Positions 26,368 to 39,795 of a DNA stretch of 64,000 nt are shown one piece after another. Source of the stretch: Sarea resinae (taxonomy: Eukaryota); the NCBI GenBank assembly GCA_026026165.1, contig JAPEUD010000067.1, positions 1 through 64,000 of the forward strand, read 5' to 3'. Position numbers and translations under genes: made by a program. The stretch's first letter is position 1. Each line of letters begins with the position of its first letter. The notes beneath the pieces are model-generated. The model had not been told where the DNA came from and did not search any database. It saw only the letters and a list, made by a program, of their open reading frames with translations.

Positions 26368-27713
26368 TCATACTTCACCTGTTGAACGAAAATGAACGAA
26401 AATGAAGGCGTCAATTCAGCATGAGGGAGGGTCTTGACATGGCAGGCTGTCGGATTACTTTGCATTGTCGATTAGAGAGAGAGTGATTGCCTATGGCTGC
26501 TCTGCAGCCATCTACTGCTCCGGGTTTTTCGGAGAGACAAAGGCTTCAGCCTCATTCGCAACGCGACCCCAGCTCCAATGCAGTATATCGATAGAAGAAG
26601 CATGGAAGTGTTTAGATACCGACTGGCATCCCCAATCGGGAGTTTTCCGACTTTTATCGTCGAACCTCTACACTTTGCTAATGCAAGATGAGGTCAGAAG
26701 AGGCAACCCTGTGATCGGTGAGGTTAGAGTCGCTCAGTTTCGTCCAGGCCATTCCGCAACCAGACCACGTAGCTTGACTCTTCCTCTCCCATTTCGGGGG
26801 GGGGGGGGGATCCACGATGGGAGGGGGTGGGAAGGGTATGCAATCGGCCTGCACGTTTCCAAGGGAGTTTCTGCAAATATCGTCGAACGTCTATGCAGGG
26901 ATGGGGTCACCTTGGAAGCAACGAGCCTGAAAAGGATGGTAGGTTAGGAGGTAAGGTATTCACTGGCATTACAGGTAAGAAGAGACGGCAAGAGGATGCG
27001 TTCAGAAGGAACGTCTCTCTCTCGCGATCTCTCTCTCGATCGTCTTGATGCGTCGGGTGCACTGCACTGCACTGCACTGCACCTGAGTCATGGGCCGCCC
27101 TTGCATTCCAGCTGTCATGATCCGCAACCATCGGTGGCGCCGTTGGCGACTGCGTTCCTGAAAGTAGTAGTACATAGTGAAGTAGTTCGTGGGCCCGTAC
27201 CTGTTTCCGTGACATCCGTCCCTTCCATAGGTTGTTCGTCGCTGTTCGTCGCTGTTCGTCGCTGTTCCTGCTTCTGCTTGCGGGTCGACTGTGCGTAGTC
27301 CCTAAGTAGTCCCTCATAGTACGCTCGTCTAAATATACATCGGCCAATCAACAATGCATCCGTCGGCCATCGCACCCCCTAAAACTCTTTCACCCTTAAC
27401 CCTTTTCCCTCTTCCCTTACCCTCTCTCCTCCCTTCTCCCGCTCTTTCCCTTTCCCATCGTCTTCTTCTACTCTTCTTCTCTTTCTTCCCTTCACTTCCC
27501 CATCCACACGCATCAAGTCAACCTTCGACCTTTCTTTCCTACACTCGCTCTTGCAAACATCTCACCAAGTCGCTCTTTAGCACTACAAAAGGATCCCTTT
27601 CACCTTCTTGTGTCCCAACGACAAACTTTCGCTTCACCTTCACCTCTTCACCTCACACCACACCAATAATTTAACCGCTCACCTTTTTACCACCCAACAA
27701 CAATAAGAACAAG

Positions 27714-28581
27714 ATGTTTGCCAAGTCTACCATCCTTTTCGCCCTCTTCGCGGCTTCTGCCCAGCTTGCTGCGGCTACTCCCCCAGCCTGCCTTCTGGCC
27801 GCTGTCAAGTACGCATCCGCCTCAGTATGGACTGTAATCGACCATGGCTAACAAACGGACAGCTCTCAGCCCAACCCGGCTGACTTGACCAGCATCTGCG
27901 GTGCTCACGAGTCCGACGTCCAGAGCAAGATCTCCAGCCTGTGCGGCTCTAGCACCAGTGCTGCCCAGAGCGCCTTTTCGTCCGTCTGCGCCTCCGCTGG
28001 CAAGAGCGTCTGTACGTTTGACTCATCCCTAGATCGCATTCTCCCACAACGAAAACTGACCATCTCAAAGCTTCATCGGCTTCGTCTTCTGCCTCGTCCA
28101 CTGGCTCCAGCTCTGCATCTTCCAGCGGCTCTTCCGTCGCCTCTACCACTGCATCCACCACTGGCTCAAGCTCCGGCGCTGTGACCTCGGCCCCATCATC
28201 GTCTGCCAAGTATGGCACCACCGTTGTCCTCACCTCTACCTACTGGGACACTGTCTGCTCGTGCAGCAAGACCGCCGCCGTCATGTGAGTATCAATGCTT
28301 CTGCCCCCACAAATACCCGCTGACAATCTCTCTCCAGTCCCACCGGTACCGGCATTGTGACCTCGGCCGCTTCTTCCCCTGTCCCAGCTGGCGCAGCCGC
28401 TCCTACTGGAACCGGCAGCATTATCGCCTCTTCCGGCAATGGTACCGCCCCGACCGCTCCAACCGCCCCGAGCTCCGCCAAGCCCGCAGTGCCAACCTAC
28501 ACGGGCGCGGCATCGAAGGCCAACCTCGGTTCCTTCGCCGCCGCTGCCGTCATGGCGGCCGGTCTCGTCGTCGCCCTATAA
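27714..28581 (+). CDS. Secreted Ser/Thr/Ala-rich, probably GPI-anchored cell-wall protein
   Basis: Signal peptide MFAKSTILFALFAASAQLAAA, Cys domain TPPACLLAAV..PADLTSICG, S/T-rich stalk, YTGAA followed by a hydrophobic tail. 3 introns. Confidence 0.85.
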
Positions 28582-29520
28582 AGCGCTCACGCCTCTACTT
28601 AGGTTTAGCGTCTAATATCTCCTTCGTCGTCGCATCATCTACGGGTGGCGAGTTAGGGATCTGGGGACTTTTTTCTCCCGGGGTTATTGCACAGGCACAG
28701 GCATAGGGATGGAAATACGGTTGTTTAATTTATATTTACTTCTTCATCTTTGGGGCAGCGACTAGGAATCTAGGAGCTCTCTTTTTGTGGTATTTAGAAT
28801 ACAGAGGGGATGTGATAAAAGGGTTTGGTGAATCGACTCGCTACTACGCATGCCAGTTGGAGCTTTTTCTACTCATTCTAGGCGGTGAAAAAATTAAAGG
28901 GACGGGCTCATCTCGGCGAGTAGAGATGGTTGTATATGTAGCTCGACGAGAGCGGTTGCATGTTGCATCTGTATTACTAGAAATCTAGTCGTTTTTTTAA
29001 ACTGCAAGATTCATCTCGGCCTCAAAGCTCCTGTATGCGGCATAGCGTAGCCCAAGTCCGTGTGTCCTTTCCCGCTTGTAGGGTGTAGGTAGGCTCTCAC
29101 CCCGAATTGCACCTACGAGACGCCATCACGTAGAACCGAAAATGTGTATGTCATGAATATGTTCTGATTCACTATGATGAACGGACTGCAATCTATTTGT
29201 TTTGATTGAACACCCGCCCCGGCGCGCCCAACGCGAATCGTGTACTATTAGTTTATGTTTATGTTTATGTATCTGTGTATGTTTGGCCGCATCCGTTTTC
29301 ACCCCTTCCTTTCCCCAACTAGAGGTCCGAGGACAACAGAGGGGGGGGCCGGGAGGATGGCATGCCAGGGGAAGAAATGAACAACGTGTTTATTTGTCTG
29401 GATTTTGAAAAAGTAAAAAGAGGCCACTTTTGATCCCGATCCCGGCTTCAGGGGCTCGATCGATGCAAGACGTTCTTTGGCGGACGAGAGCGGGGGTACG
29501 ATGACAGGAAATCTAGAACG

Positions 29521-31289
29521 CTAGATACTGGCGATGCCCAAGACCAAGCCGACGGGGAGGATGACCCAGATGAGGATCAGAGACGGGAGACTGAGGACCA
29601 TGGCGAAGGATTTCGGGCCCAGGCTGGCTTTGTTGTCGCCTTTGGACTTGCCGTCTTTGGACGCTGACGGAGAAGAGGAAGCAGAGGAAGATGAAGAGGT
29701 CGAAGGAGATGCGGTACCGGAAGCCGAAGGTTTCGTGGTGCCGGTCGAGGAGGAGGCGGATGAGGTCTTGGATGACGAAGACGCGCTGGAGGTAGGCGAT
29801 GCGCCCGAAGCCGCTTTGGCGCCGAAGCCTGGTATCGTGTCAGATTGGTCGATCACGGACTAGTCAATAGAACAGGAAAACACTCAAACTTACCAACACG
29901 ATCTTTATCGAAATCAAAGACCGAATACACATTCTTCAAGAACACGTCCCCGAGCAACCAAGTATCGGACCCAAACGCCTGCCGTCCAATTATGTTCGCC
30001 GCACACAGGTCGCCGTTTCCATTCGATTTCGCGCCGACGTAGTCCTTGGCTGAGATGTTGAACGTTGCGCCTCCGAAAGTGATCTGGATCGGTGCCGTAG
30101 ATCCGCAAGGTACTTCAAATGTCTCGCCGTTCTGCTGCATTCCCGGGACGCCCGCAAGAAGCTGCTGGGCATCTTTGGGAGGCAAGAGCACGAAGGAGGT
30201 GCCAGTGTCGATGACGGCAGTTTTGTTGGAATTGGCGAAATGAGAGGAGTTGCCATCTACGCCAGCATCGTCGACGGGTACCTCCCAGAGTCCGCCATCG
30301 GGCATGGCAGGTACCCAGGTCAAGTCGCCATCGAAGCGCGAAGTGTCGACGTCGCCGAAGCTGATCTCGCCGTCGTTGGTGCCGTCAGAGTCGCGCTGCA
30401 GGTGAACTCCGAACAGATTGTTCTTCAACAATTTGTCTTGGCCGATCACTTCCATGAGGGCTGGAACCCCAATGTCGTTCGTTCGTGGCCGGCCCAAGCC
30501 AAGGATGCCATCCTGAGGAAAAGACAGGAAATCATCCGATGTCTGGTTGGCCAAGCCCATCTCCATCTGAAAGTTCATCCCAGCAAACGACACGGTGTCA
30601 TTGGCTATGAATCCACCAACGGTTCCTGTGCCATAGGTGATGGAGAAAGGCGAATTAGATACCAGCAGAGACTTGGAGTCGCCCGGGCCGAACGTGTCAT
30701 GGGATTGGCACGCCTTCGATTGGCAGTCCGAGCCCATGACCCAGGTATTGCTTGCGCCGGTGTCGAGAAGCATGTACATCGGTGTGCCGCCGGAGCCAAA
30801 CTTGACCGACGAGAAATACGAGTAATCAGTGCCATCCTCATCGACGGCCATACTGTCTGTCGAGGTGGGCGTCGCCGCACTGACGATATGATATGTATTT
30901 GTCCGCTTGACGGGTGTTGCGCGCGTCTTGAGGGAACGTTCCACGGCAGCGATGGCCTCGCGTTCATCGATCTCCGGCCCGGCAAATCCACGTCGTCGGT
31001 ATCTTCGCGTCACACGATTCACTGCTCTGATGTTTCGAATGTGCGGGTGGCCTTCGCTTGACTGGGTGCATGTTAGCCACGGGAGCTTATCGAGGGACCG
31101 GCAGGCGGAACTTACAGGAGGGCTGTAAAGGTTGATCTTCAACGTGGATAGAGATGCGTCCGCGTCTCTCTTCCCGGCATCTTGACGATATGCAGCAGAC
31201 ACAGCCGTATCTCTAATTGGCGAAGAGGCCAATGCCGACGCAGAGGCGGAGAGGGAAGCGGCCCAGAGAACCCATGAGGAAAGACGCAT
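29521..31289 (-). CDS. Pepsin-family (A1) aspartic endopeptidase, CtsD-like, with Ser-rich stalk and hydrophobic C-terminal anchor
   Basis: Signal peptide, catalytic LLDTGAS and VIDTGTS, YGTG flap, DGILGL, WLLGDVFLKNVYSVFD. Last exon matches ORF 29521-29856. Confidence 0.92.
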
Positions 31290-32894
31290 GGCACAACTGA
31301 TAGAGCTCGAGAAAGGTAGCCAGCGTGAAAAGGCGGATGTTGGAGGGGTTGCGTGATTGCCAATTATCGGTCGTACCAGAGGAAAAGGTCAATCGGGTCT
31401 TGTTGATGAGAAGCACAAGATCGTTCACACCATGGATCCTAGACGGCTAGTGACCGTGTCGATTAGTCGTTCAAAGCAGTGAACGACGATCAATTGCTCC
31501 GTGTAGAGTGAAGAGATAAACTCCAATGATTAAAGCCGGGTCTGAAGACGGAATGGTCCCGAAATGATAAAGACAGTCGAGTGCCAGCCCCGTTCGAAGA
31601 AGAATTGCTATATGCAAGTAGATCACAGACGAAAAGAGTGAAGACGGCTCCCGGTAAAGAAAGAGGACGAAGGACGGAATCGGTCAGAGAAGAATGAGGG
31701 ATTGCAGATGCAGCTAACAAAAAGATCAATCAAAGAATGACGATGGGGGAAAAGGGCAGCAGATGCGGTACTAAGGAAGGCAGTACTCGAGTCGAGTATG
31801 GTAAGGTCTGGCAGAGAATCGAGCACGATGTTCTTCGTCCTTGGGTCCTTGGTCGAGCGTGCCGTCGACAGCCACATACCCACACCGGGCGCCACCAGAC
31901 AGCAGAGGGAGCGCTGGGGCGAGCCGGGCCAGCTGGAGCCCTGACCGTCGCCGGCCGAATCGGGACTAGGGCAGGCCGGATGTTCTCCTGAGTGACATCC
32001 CGGCCGTGGATCGCCGTCATCGTCGCTGATTCGATGGACGATGGAGGAGGCCCTTCGTCTCGCTTCCCCTTTCGGGCATGTCACCGTGGCACACTGACTA
32101 CGTAGTACTCTGTCTGGCACCATGACACATGGGCAGCACCCCCCCCCCTCGGACACCTTGGAGTACTGCTCGGTACTCGAGCATATGATCTGATAGACGG
32201 CACTACCGGCCAGGGACCGGCCAGTGTCACCGCCTACTGCAGAATACCTGACGCAGTACTCCGTACTCCGAGCACCAGCACCTTCTGTGCAAGCGTGCCG
32301 ACCTGATTGGCTGTTTACCGACCAGCTCAGCTCTCTTCTCCCCGCATTCCGTTGAGGGTTGAGGGCCGCCGTCACCCACCACCCCCCGTGACTCCCGATG
32401 GATCGCTGGATTGGTCGTCGGCCGTCGTCGTCCGTCGTCGTCACCGAGGGACGGACCAATTCGTGGAGTTGCTGGGGGATCAGCATCGACTACCTACCTT
32501 ACGAAGTAGGCAGGCAGTGCGTGGTCATGCCGAGTGCTCCGATATTATGGTGATGATCATAGCTGCCCGTACACCTCAGGCTGTACTACCGTCTGCATAC
32601 CTATTGCCGGGAACCCCAGAGATCAGCTCAGATGTACGGATAATCGTACGGAGTAGTCGTAGTCGTCGCAGCATTGCCCTTCTCTTCCCGTGAGACAAAA
32701 CCCCCCCATCTCCCCATCTCCCCTCATCCTCTGCCTCTGTCTCTTCCTCCCTCACTTCGATCATCATCCATCTCATCATAGCTCGTTATCGCGTCCTGTC
32801 GGCTTGATAAGGAACAGCACTATCAACATCCTTCCGCTACTTTCGACCTGAGCTTTGCTTCCCAGTGCCATCATCGTTGCCTCAGCCTCCCATC

Positions 32895-33833
32895 ATGGCT
32901 GCTCCCAGAACCGTCTCGACTCGTGCACTGAGCCGTGTAGCAGCACCTCGCAGCCACCAAGTCCGCTCCCTGCACATCACCGGCTCGACATCGACTCCAT
33001 CGCCGTGGGTGACGTCTACGAGAGGTGCATCGTATCGGCCTCAAAGTCTATCGGAGCTCAAGTCGGAATGCTCCAAGCGAAGCATCAACGCCGGCGGTAG
33101 CAAGGAGCAAGTTTGTCTCCCTCCAGTGTTTCTATCAATGGATCTCAATTGACATACCCCTCGCAGCTCGTCAATCGTCTCATCACCGACGATCTGGCCC
33201 GAGCCCGAGGCTTCTCAACCGCCGTCAAGCAAGCTTCGAAACGGCCCATCCCCATCGTTGCTCAGCCTCACCCCAACCCTTCCCGTCCCTTCAACACATC
33301 TCGCGCCCTCAAGGCCGTCCACGACACCTCCACCATGGACTTTGCCTACATGCCCTCCATGGAAGCAGCCGGGGCCTTGGACGACGCCGTCCGTGTGCCT
33401 CTGTTGCCGGATAACTTCTTCCCACAACGAGACACGGGCAAGAACATCAGCACTGAGGCCGAGCCTGACGCACCTGTATGTTTTCCCCATCCCAGCTCTT
33501 CTATCCCGGTCCATCTCTTCTCGCTTCATCCGTCGTCGATCAACTGGCCAAGAGACTGATCCTTTCAAGGTTCCCCGTGCCGTCATCTTCACCACCAGTG
33601 CAGACAGCACGCACATCTCCTCGCCGTCAGCCATGACCGACGTCGTCGACAACGGTGCCATAACCATGGATCCATTCTCCCTCGCAGAGAAGGTCTCCCT
33701 TGCCGCGGCCTCGCAGCTCTCCGGCGCCACACTTAGTGCCGAACAGGCCAAGCAGCCGGGCGCCATCAAGCAGGTGTGGAGTGGCTTCTTGGATGATCTG
33801 CTTGGTGCCAAGAAGACCGCGGGCCGTGCTTGA
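32895..33833 (+). CDS. Conserved fungal protein with mitochondrial-type presequence and SAP-like motif (Aim34-like)
   Basis: MAAPRTVSTRALSR.., LSELKSECSKRSINAGGSKEQ|LVNRL, RPFNTSRALKAVHDTSTMDFAYMP, RVPLLPDNF, VWSGFLDDLLG. Confidence 0.75.
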
Positions 33834-34207
33834 ACTACGTTTCTGCGCTTATGATTCACTTTCCGCCTTTATGCGTTCTAATATCATCTCTTTTTCCTTT
33901 ACTCCGATCGCTCGTAGCCTGGCATCTGTTCCGCGATTGCGACAGCACGGTTAACCGGACTGATCTTTTCCTGTATTCTTCGACATCTCCAGCGACGAAT
34001 CTCCTTCTCTCCTTTCCTACCTTCTTTCCATCTCACATGTCTCCTTTACCTTTTCCGTCATACTTTCTATCTCTCTGGTTGATTTCTGATATCGGAATCT
34101 GAGATTTGGGTTTGAGAATGTCTCGGATAACGAAGAGATTGTATCTCCCCTTACTTTTTGTTACTATAGGGGTTGGGTCGGCAGGGGGGTCTTCTTTCGA
34201 GTAGGAG

Positions 34208-34238
34208 CTATCTGGCTATCTGGCTATCTGGCTATCTG
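34208..34238. repeat. (CTATCTGG)n short tandem repeat, about 4 units
   Basis: Direct tandem repeat in a convergent intergenic region. Confidence 0.8.
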
Positions 34239-34888
34239 TCAATCAACCAATCAATCACTCAATCAGTAAATCAGTCAAGCTACTGGACAGCAGGTCCATT
34301 GAATGATTCGGATCATGACATTTCATGCTCGTTACCAGTACCAAGTTACCAAGTCCAATCCTCTCTTGAACATCCACTCCTGGTCACGCACGTAGTAAGG
34401 CACCGATAGTCCGGATAATGGGCTAGAGTGAATCTCCAGTCCGTAAAGGGGGCGATTGCGGTCTTGATTTTCTTTAAATATCCTTTTGTTTTGTTTTCTC
34501 CCTATGCGTTCCAGCCATCTATCCATCATCTCTCTACCCCATTTTAGAAGCTGTCTTTCGCGAACTCAGAGCCGACACGACACGAAAGGAGAACTGAGGA
34601 CTGCAGCTTAGGAGATGAACCGGCAAAGTGAAGCACAATGACAGCCAGGGGAAGAGCAGCAAGAAAAGAGCAAGAGCTCCAGCTCAGCAGCGCCTCTCCC
34701 GTCTTGAAATCGTAAGTCGGCCCTGTCTAGAAAATGTAGTTCATGCGCGTCTCATCTCATCTCATGGATTCTTTGTTGTGGGCCGCCAAATTGAGCTAGC
34801 TATCTAGCTATGCCACAGATGGCGGTAGGTGGAGAGCAGCAAGCAGGATCGTCGCAGCGCAAGTACAGACGTAAAAGAGGGCCCACCA

Positions 34889-36293
34889 CTACCGCCCAGC
34901 GACTTGGTTCAATACCCCGCCGTCTACGGCAATGACCTCGCCGGTTACGTACGCGTTTTTGGCCAAGAAGAGCTGTCATGCGGGTCGAGGGTCAGCTCTC
35001 TGCAATTGTTCTCATCTGGATAAGGGAATTGGGCAATGAACGGGTTAAGATACATACCACTGCTTGAGCCATCTCGTCGTCGCTGCCCGCCCGTTCCGCG
35101 GGTACGTGGCCTTTTTCCTGGACCTTCTCAGCGGGCAACTGGGATTTTTGCGAGTCGTCACTCTCTTTGGTCGTCTGTCGCATCCCCGTCCCTGGTCAGC
35201 CCTATTTCATAATACAACCAACACACAGACAATGCAAAGTCACGTCATTAGGGGACATGAAGAACTGACCATCTCAGACGGGAAATATCCCGGCGCGATA
35301 CTGTTGACACGAATCCTTGTCTTGCCGAACTCGGCTGACATGAGCTTGGATAGGTGCACCGTGGCGCCCTTGGCGGCGTTATAGGAAAAGTGGCCTTGGG
35401 CGTGTCGCATCAGGCCCGACATGCTAGAGATGACGATGACGGAGGCGGAGAGGTGACCGTGCGTTTCAGTGCCGGCTTGCAGGAGGGGAAGGAAAGCCAC
35501 GCTTTTTTTTCGGTGTCAGTATACGTACGATTGGGTAGATTTGTAAATGTATGGCCTTTCGATTTCTTGATCGATAGAGGAGGGGGAAGGAAGGAAGGTG
35601 CGTAGACTGACGTTGTGAAATACACGGCCGACACATTGGTATTGAAGGTGCTGTTCCAGCTCTCGAAGTCTTCGGATTGCCATAGCTTCTCCTTCAGGGC
35701 CGTAGCTGACTCGTGGTCTGGTTCGGCTTTCGGGCCCGAGACGCCAGCATTGCAGACTACAGAAAAGCAATTCGTCAGTGTTCGTGTCTCATGAATACAC
35801 GTTTCCTGTCATTCGAGGAGCAATGGCGTACCGAGGAGGTTGATGTGTTTTTCTTTCGAGGCGATTTCCTGATAGATCTTCTCGAGATCGTCCTTCTTTG
35901 TCACGTCGCAGGGTCCGATTCTGTTTCCATCGTTAGACCTCTTGACCGTAGCTGTAACGTACGGTGGCATACGGGATGATTTGGCCACCTTCGTAGGGAG
36001 TGTGGGTTTTGGCGGCGTTCTCAAGGACTTCCATTCCTGCGGTTTTGTTAACAATGCATCCGACGACAAGATTTCAGGCTCGTACGTCGTCCTGTGATGT
36101 AGACTTTGGCGCCTGCAAACAATTGGCATCAGTCTCGACTGCAATATGTACTGCTGAAAGTTGAGGATATACCATTCGCAGCGAGCGCCTGGGTAGCCAT
36201 TAATCCAATGCCAGTGCCTCCTCCCGTGACGACCGCAACATGGCCCTTGACCGAGAAGAGCCTCTCGGCCCTGAGATCGGCAGTGGATGCCAT
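34889..36293 (-). CDS. Short-chain dehydrogenase/reductase, multi-exon
   Basis: VAVVTGGGTGIG, CNAG, SSMSG, YNAAK catalytic YxxxK, RVNSIAPGYFPSEM, IAVDGG. Confidence 0.92.
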
Positions 36294-37004
36294 TCTGACA
36301 GATCAATGGTTTGGGTGGTTGTGGGTCGTGAGATGTGTGAGGGGAGAATTGATTGCCAGCAGATACGAGAGAAGCTGAGAATGGCGACTGAAGAATATTC
36401 TCAATTCATGAAAGATGTCTACTATTTCAAGTCAGATGAAGTATGAAGTCAAAGTCAGGTATGTGAATTCCAAGCTGCCCAGGTAAGGCAAGGTCGAGAC
36501 GGGAGATGCTTTGTTGTGACGTCACATACGATCAACTGAATGGGTACAAGATACTCCTACAGGGCCTGTACAATGTACTTCGAACAGGGCCCGCGGTGGT
36601 CTAGAAGCCCCAATACTCGAAGTACTTCAGTAGATCCCCCCCGAACCCGATACAGCCTGAGTCCTTTTGGCCACGCGATGCCTTTCCAGAATGGGCGCGA
36701 CCATTGATGACCTGGAGTGGAAGTTATGCTGCGCCCCCCCAAAACTCGTGGAGATTGATAACTATCGTGGAACTGTAGCGTTGGTGGGCATACAGTCGCC
36801 TCTGTAGCCATCGATCGTCTGGAAGCATCTTCCTGATGGGCGGATTCGGATCGATGGCGACCGCGACAGCTTTCTCTTGGCTGGATCAGAGCAGATGACC
36901 CTGGCTGGCCAGACAGCTCGGGATGCCACGGGACGGTCAGCCGATGTAGTCGAAGCTTGGCCCTTCTACCCGGACGTTGAAGCATTTGACTGCAATCGCA
37001 GGCT

Positions 37005-37592
37005 TCAGTGTCGCGCATGTAGAACGTTGACATCCTCGATGTTTCCTCCCTGATCATCCACGGCTGCACCCCCTTGATCGAGACGATCAGGCTCGTGGGG
37101 CGCCTCGCCGATGAGCTTCTCGATGACTTTCACTTTCGCACCTGCACGCTTGAAGCGGTCGTCGAAATCAGACACGCTGTCTTCGGTGTTCTGCGTGGAT
37201 AGACTGGCGGGTTCGACCAGGGCAGACAGCGTCTGGATGTGCTTCTCTAGTCGTGGATTGTTGGGTAACCGTGATAATGCGGTTTTCTCTTCCCGTGCCC
37301 GCGAAGGAGCCCCATTCTCCGATTTCTGCAGCCTGGGGGCAGCAAGATTCTCGCGACCTGTTGCATCCTCGGTCAAGCGTGATTGCTTGGCCAACTGCAG
37401 TCTTCCAGCCCAGACTGCGGAACGGCCGTGCAGTCTTCCCATCGATGTATATTTTTCAAAGCCTTTTTCTATGCCGAAGACTCGGCCTTCCAGATGGCCG
37501 GCGCGCTGCCCATCAGCCACACCCAGTTGATAGCCTTCATCGTAGAATTTATCTTCAAGGCCGAGCAAGCTGTCGAATGGGTCCTCGTCCAT
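37005..37592 (-). CDS. LTO1: Lto1/ORAOV1-family protein (Yae1-N deca-GX3 motif)
   Basis: MDEDPFDSLLGLEDKFYDEGYQLGVADGQRAGHLEGRVFGIEKGFEK (GX3 repeats), intronless. Confidence 0.8.
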   Translation of the reverse strand: MDEDPFDSLLGLEDKFYDEGYQLGVADGQRAGHLEGRVFGIEKGFEKYTSMGRLHGRSAVWAGRLQLAKQSRLTEDATGRENLAAPRLQKSENGAPSRAREEKTALSRLPNNPRLEKHIQTLSALVEPASLSTQNTEDSVSDFDDRFKRAGAKVKVIEKLIGEAPHEPDRLDQGGAAVDDQGGNIEDVNVLHARH

Positions 37593-37802
37593 CTTATCGT
37601 TTGACTCACGTAGGACGGCGTCTTGGAGTGATGACTCGGCGGGCGATGTTGCTGATGGTTTCGGACGGAGAGTAGCGGTCACAATTGTTGTGCCGCTCGT
37701 CTGACTCAACCTTCTGCGTCACAACCCCCACCAAACGAGACAAAAGAAAGTGCCCCTCCGCCGTCGCTTTCCGTCCTGGCATCCTCAAACCTCGACCTCA
37801 AC

Positions 37803-39795
37803 ATGGCGGAATCCGCGCCAATTCTGCCGCAAAAGGGCAAGAAAAACGTCTTGATCACCAGCGCTTTACCCTACGTCAATAACGTACCTCATCTTGGGAA
37901 CATCATAGGCAGTGTGCTGAGTGCAGACGCTTTTGCCAGGCATGTGTTCCTCTGTCCCGTCTCCTAAGAAGAATGCGACTGACAGGTTCTTTAGATATAA
38001 CAAAGCTAGAGACCGGCCAACCCTCTTCATCTGTGGCACTGACGAATATGGAACTGCGACAGAGACCAAGGCTCTAGAGGAAGGGGTATCTCCGCAACAG
38101 CTTTGCGACAAATACCATGCGCTGCACGCTCAGGTCTACGAATGGTTCGAGATAGGGTTCGACTACTTTGGTCGCACGACCACCGAGAAGCAGACAGAGA
38201 TCGCGCAAGACATCTTTAAGAAGCTGTACGAGAATGGCTATATGGCAGAGAAGACGACGAGGCAGCCATACTGTGAGAAGCATGAATCTTTCTTGGCAGA
38301 CCGCTTCGTGGAGGGCGAGTGCCCTCTCTGTCACTACGACGATGCACGGGGAGATCAATGTGACAAATGCGGGCACGTTCTGGATCCCTTTGATCTCATA
38401 AAGCCTCGCTGCAAAATTGACGGCGCCACGCCAGTCGCGAGAGACACAACCCACATCCACCTCCTACTCGACAAGCTACAGCCAGCCATTGAAGAATGGT
38501 CGGCCAAGTCCAGTGAGGAGGGCGCATGGTCGAGGAACGGTCGAATCATCACCGAGTCGTGGCTAAAGGAAGGACTGAAGGATCGAGGTATCACGCGCGA
38601 TCTCAAATGGGGTACTCCTGTCCCCCTGCCGGGCTACGAGAACAAGGTGCTGTACGTCTGGTTCGATGCGTGCATTGGATACGTCTCTATTACCGCGAAC
38701 TACACCAAAGACTGGGAGCAATGGTGGCGCTCACCAGAGGACGTCAAACTCTACCAGTTCCTGGGCAAGGACAACGTCCCCTTCCACACCGTCATCTTCC
38801 CAGGCTCGCAGATCGGCACGGGCGACAAATGGACCATGCTCAACCATCTCTCCACCACCGAATACCTGAATTACGAGAACGGCAAGTTCTCCAAATCCCG
38901 CGGTGTCGGCGTCTTCGGCAACAATGCCAAAGATACGGGCGTGCCCCCCGACGTCTGGCGCTACTATCTCCTATCCAATCGCCCTGAAACCAGCGACACG
39001 CAATTCGAGTGGAAAGCCTTCCTGGCAGCCAACAACAGCGAGCTGCTCAACAACCTCGGCAACTTCGTCAACCGTCTCATCAAATTCGTCAACTCCAAGA
39101 TCTACAATTCGGTCATCCCGGACTACACGGCCAAGCACGCCGACCCGGCCTTCGCGGAATTCAAATCGGACATCAATACTCTACTTTCCCAATACGTGTC
39201 CGAGCTCGAGGCCGTCAAGATCCGTGCTGGTCTTGACACAGCCATGCGCATCTCGGCCCGCGGGAACCTCTTCCTGCAATCCAACCACCTGGACAATAAA
39301 CTCGCGGCCACGACACCGGACCACGCAGCCGCCGTCGTCGGCATAGGCCTCAACCTGATCTATCTCCTCGCATCTCTCATCGCGCCCTTCATGCCCGCGA
39401 CCTCGACGTCCATCCTCGACCAGCTCTCCGCCCCGTTCCTCTTCATCCCGGACACCTGGACTGCCGACGACCTGAAGCCCGGACATGTGATCGGCAAGGC
39501 CAAATACCTGTTCAGTAGCATCAAGCCGGAGAAGGAAGAGCAATGGCGAGAGATGTATGGCGGGTCGCAGGCGGACCGGCTGAAGAAGGACGAGGAGGCC
39601 GCCAAAAAAGAGGCCAAGAAGGCGGCCAAGAAGGCCAAGAAAGATAAAAAGGGCCAGCAAGCCGGGACGCCGGATGAGAAGGCCAAGGCGGTGGAGGGCG
39701 GCGAGAAGGGTGTTGAGGGCACGGGCGTCCCTGACAAGGATCCCGTACAGGCTGTTACGGACGGCGTGGAGCAGGTCACCCTGCCTTCGTCATGA
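37803..39795 (+). CDS. MES1: Cytosolic methionyl-tRNA synthetase
   Basis: [16 protein letters not shown] (HIGH motif), GTDEYGT, Zn knuckle, YVWFDA, KFSKS. One GC-AG intron at 37940-37994. Confidence 0.97.

Noticed and set aside
31623..32486. 287-aa minus-strand ORF upstream of the protease
   Set aside because: Non-ATG start, GC-rich promoter/UTR sequence, no domain-like composition.
34800..34891. Stop-codon readthrough giving a peroxisomal PTS1 in the SDR
   Set aside because: No TGA-CTA context, and the extension does not end in an SKL-like tripeptide.
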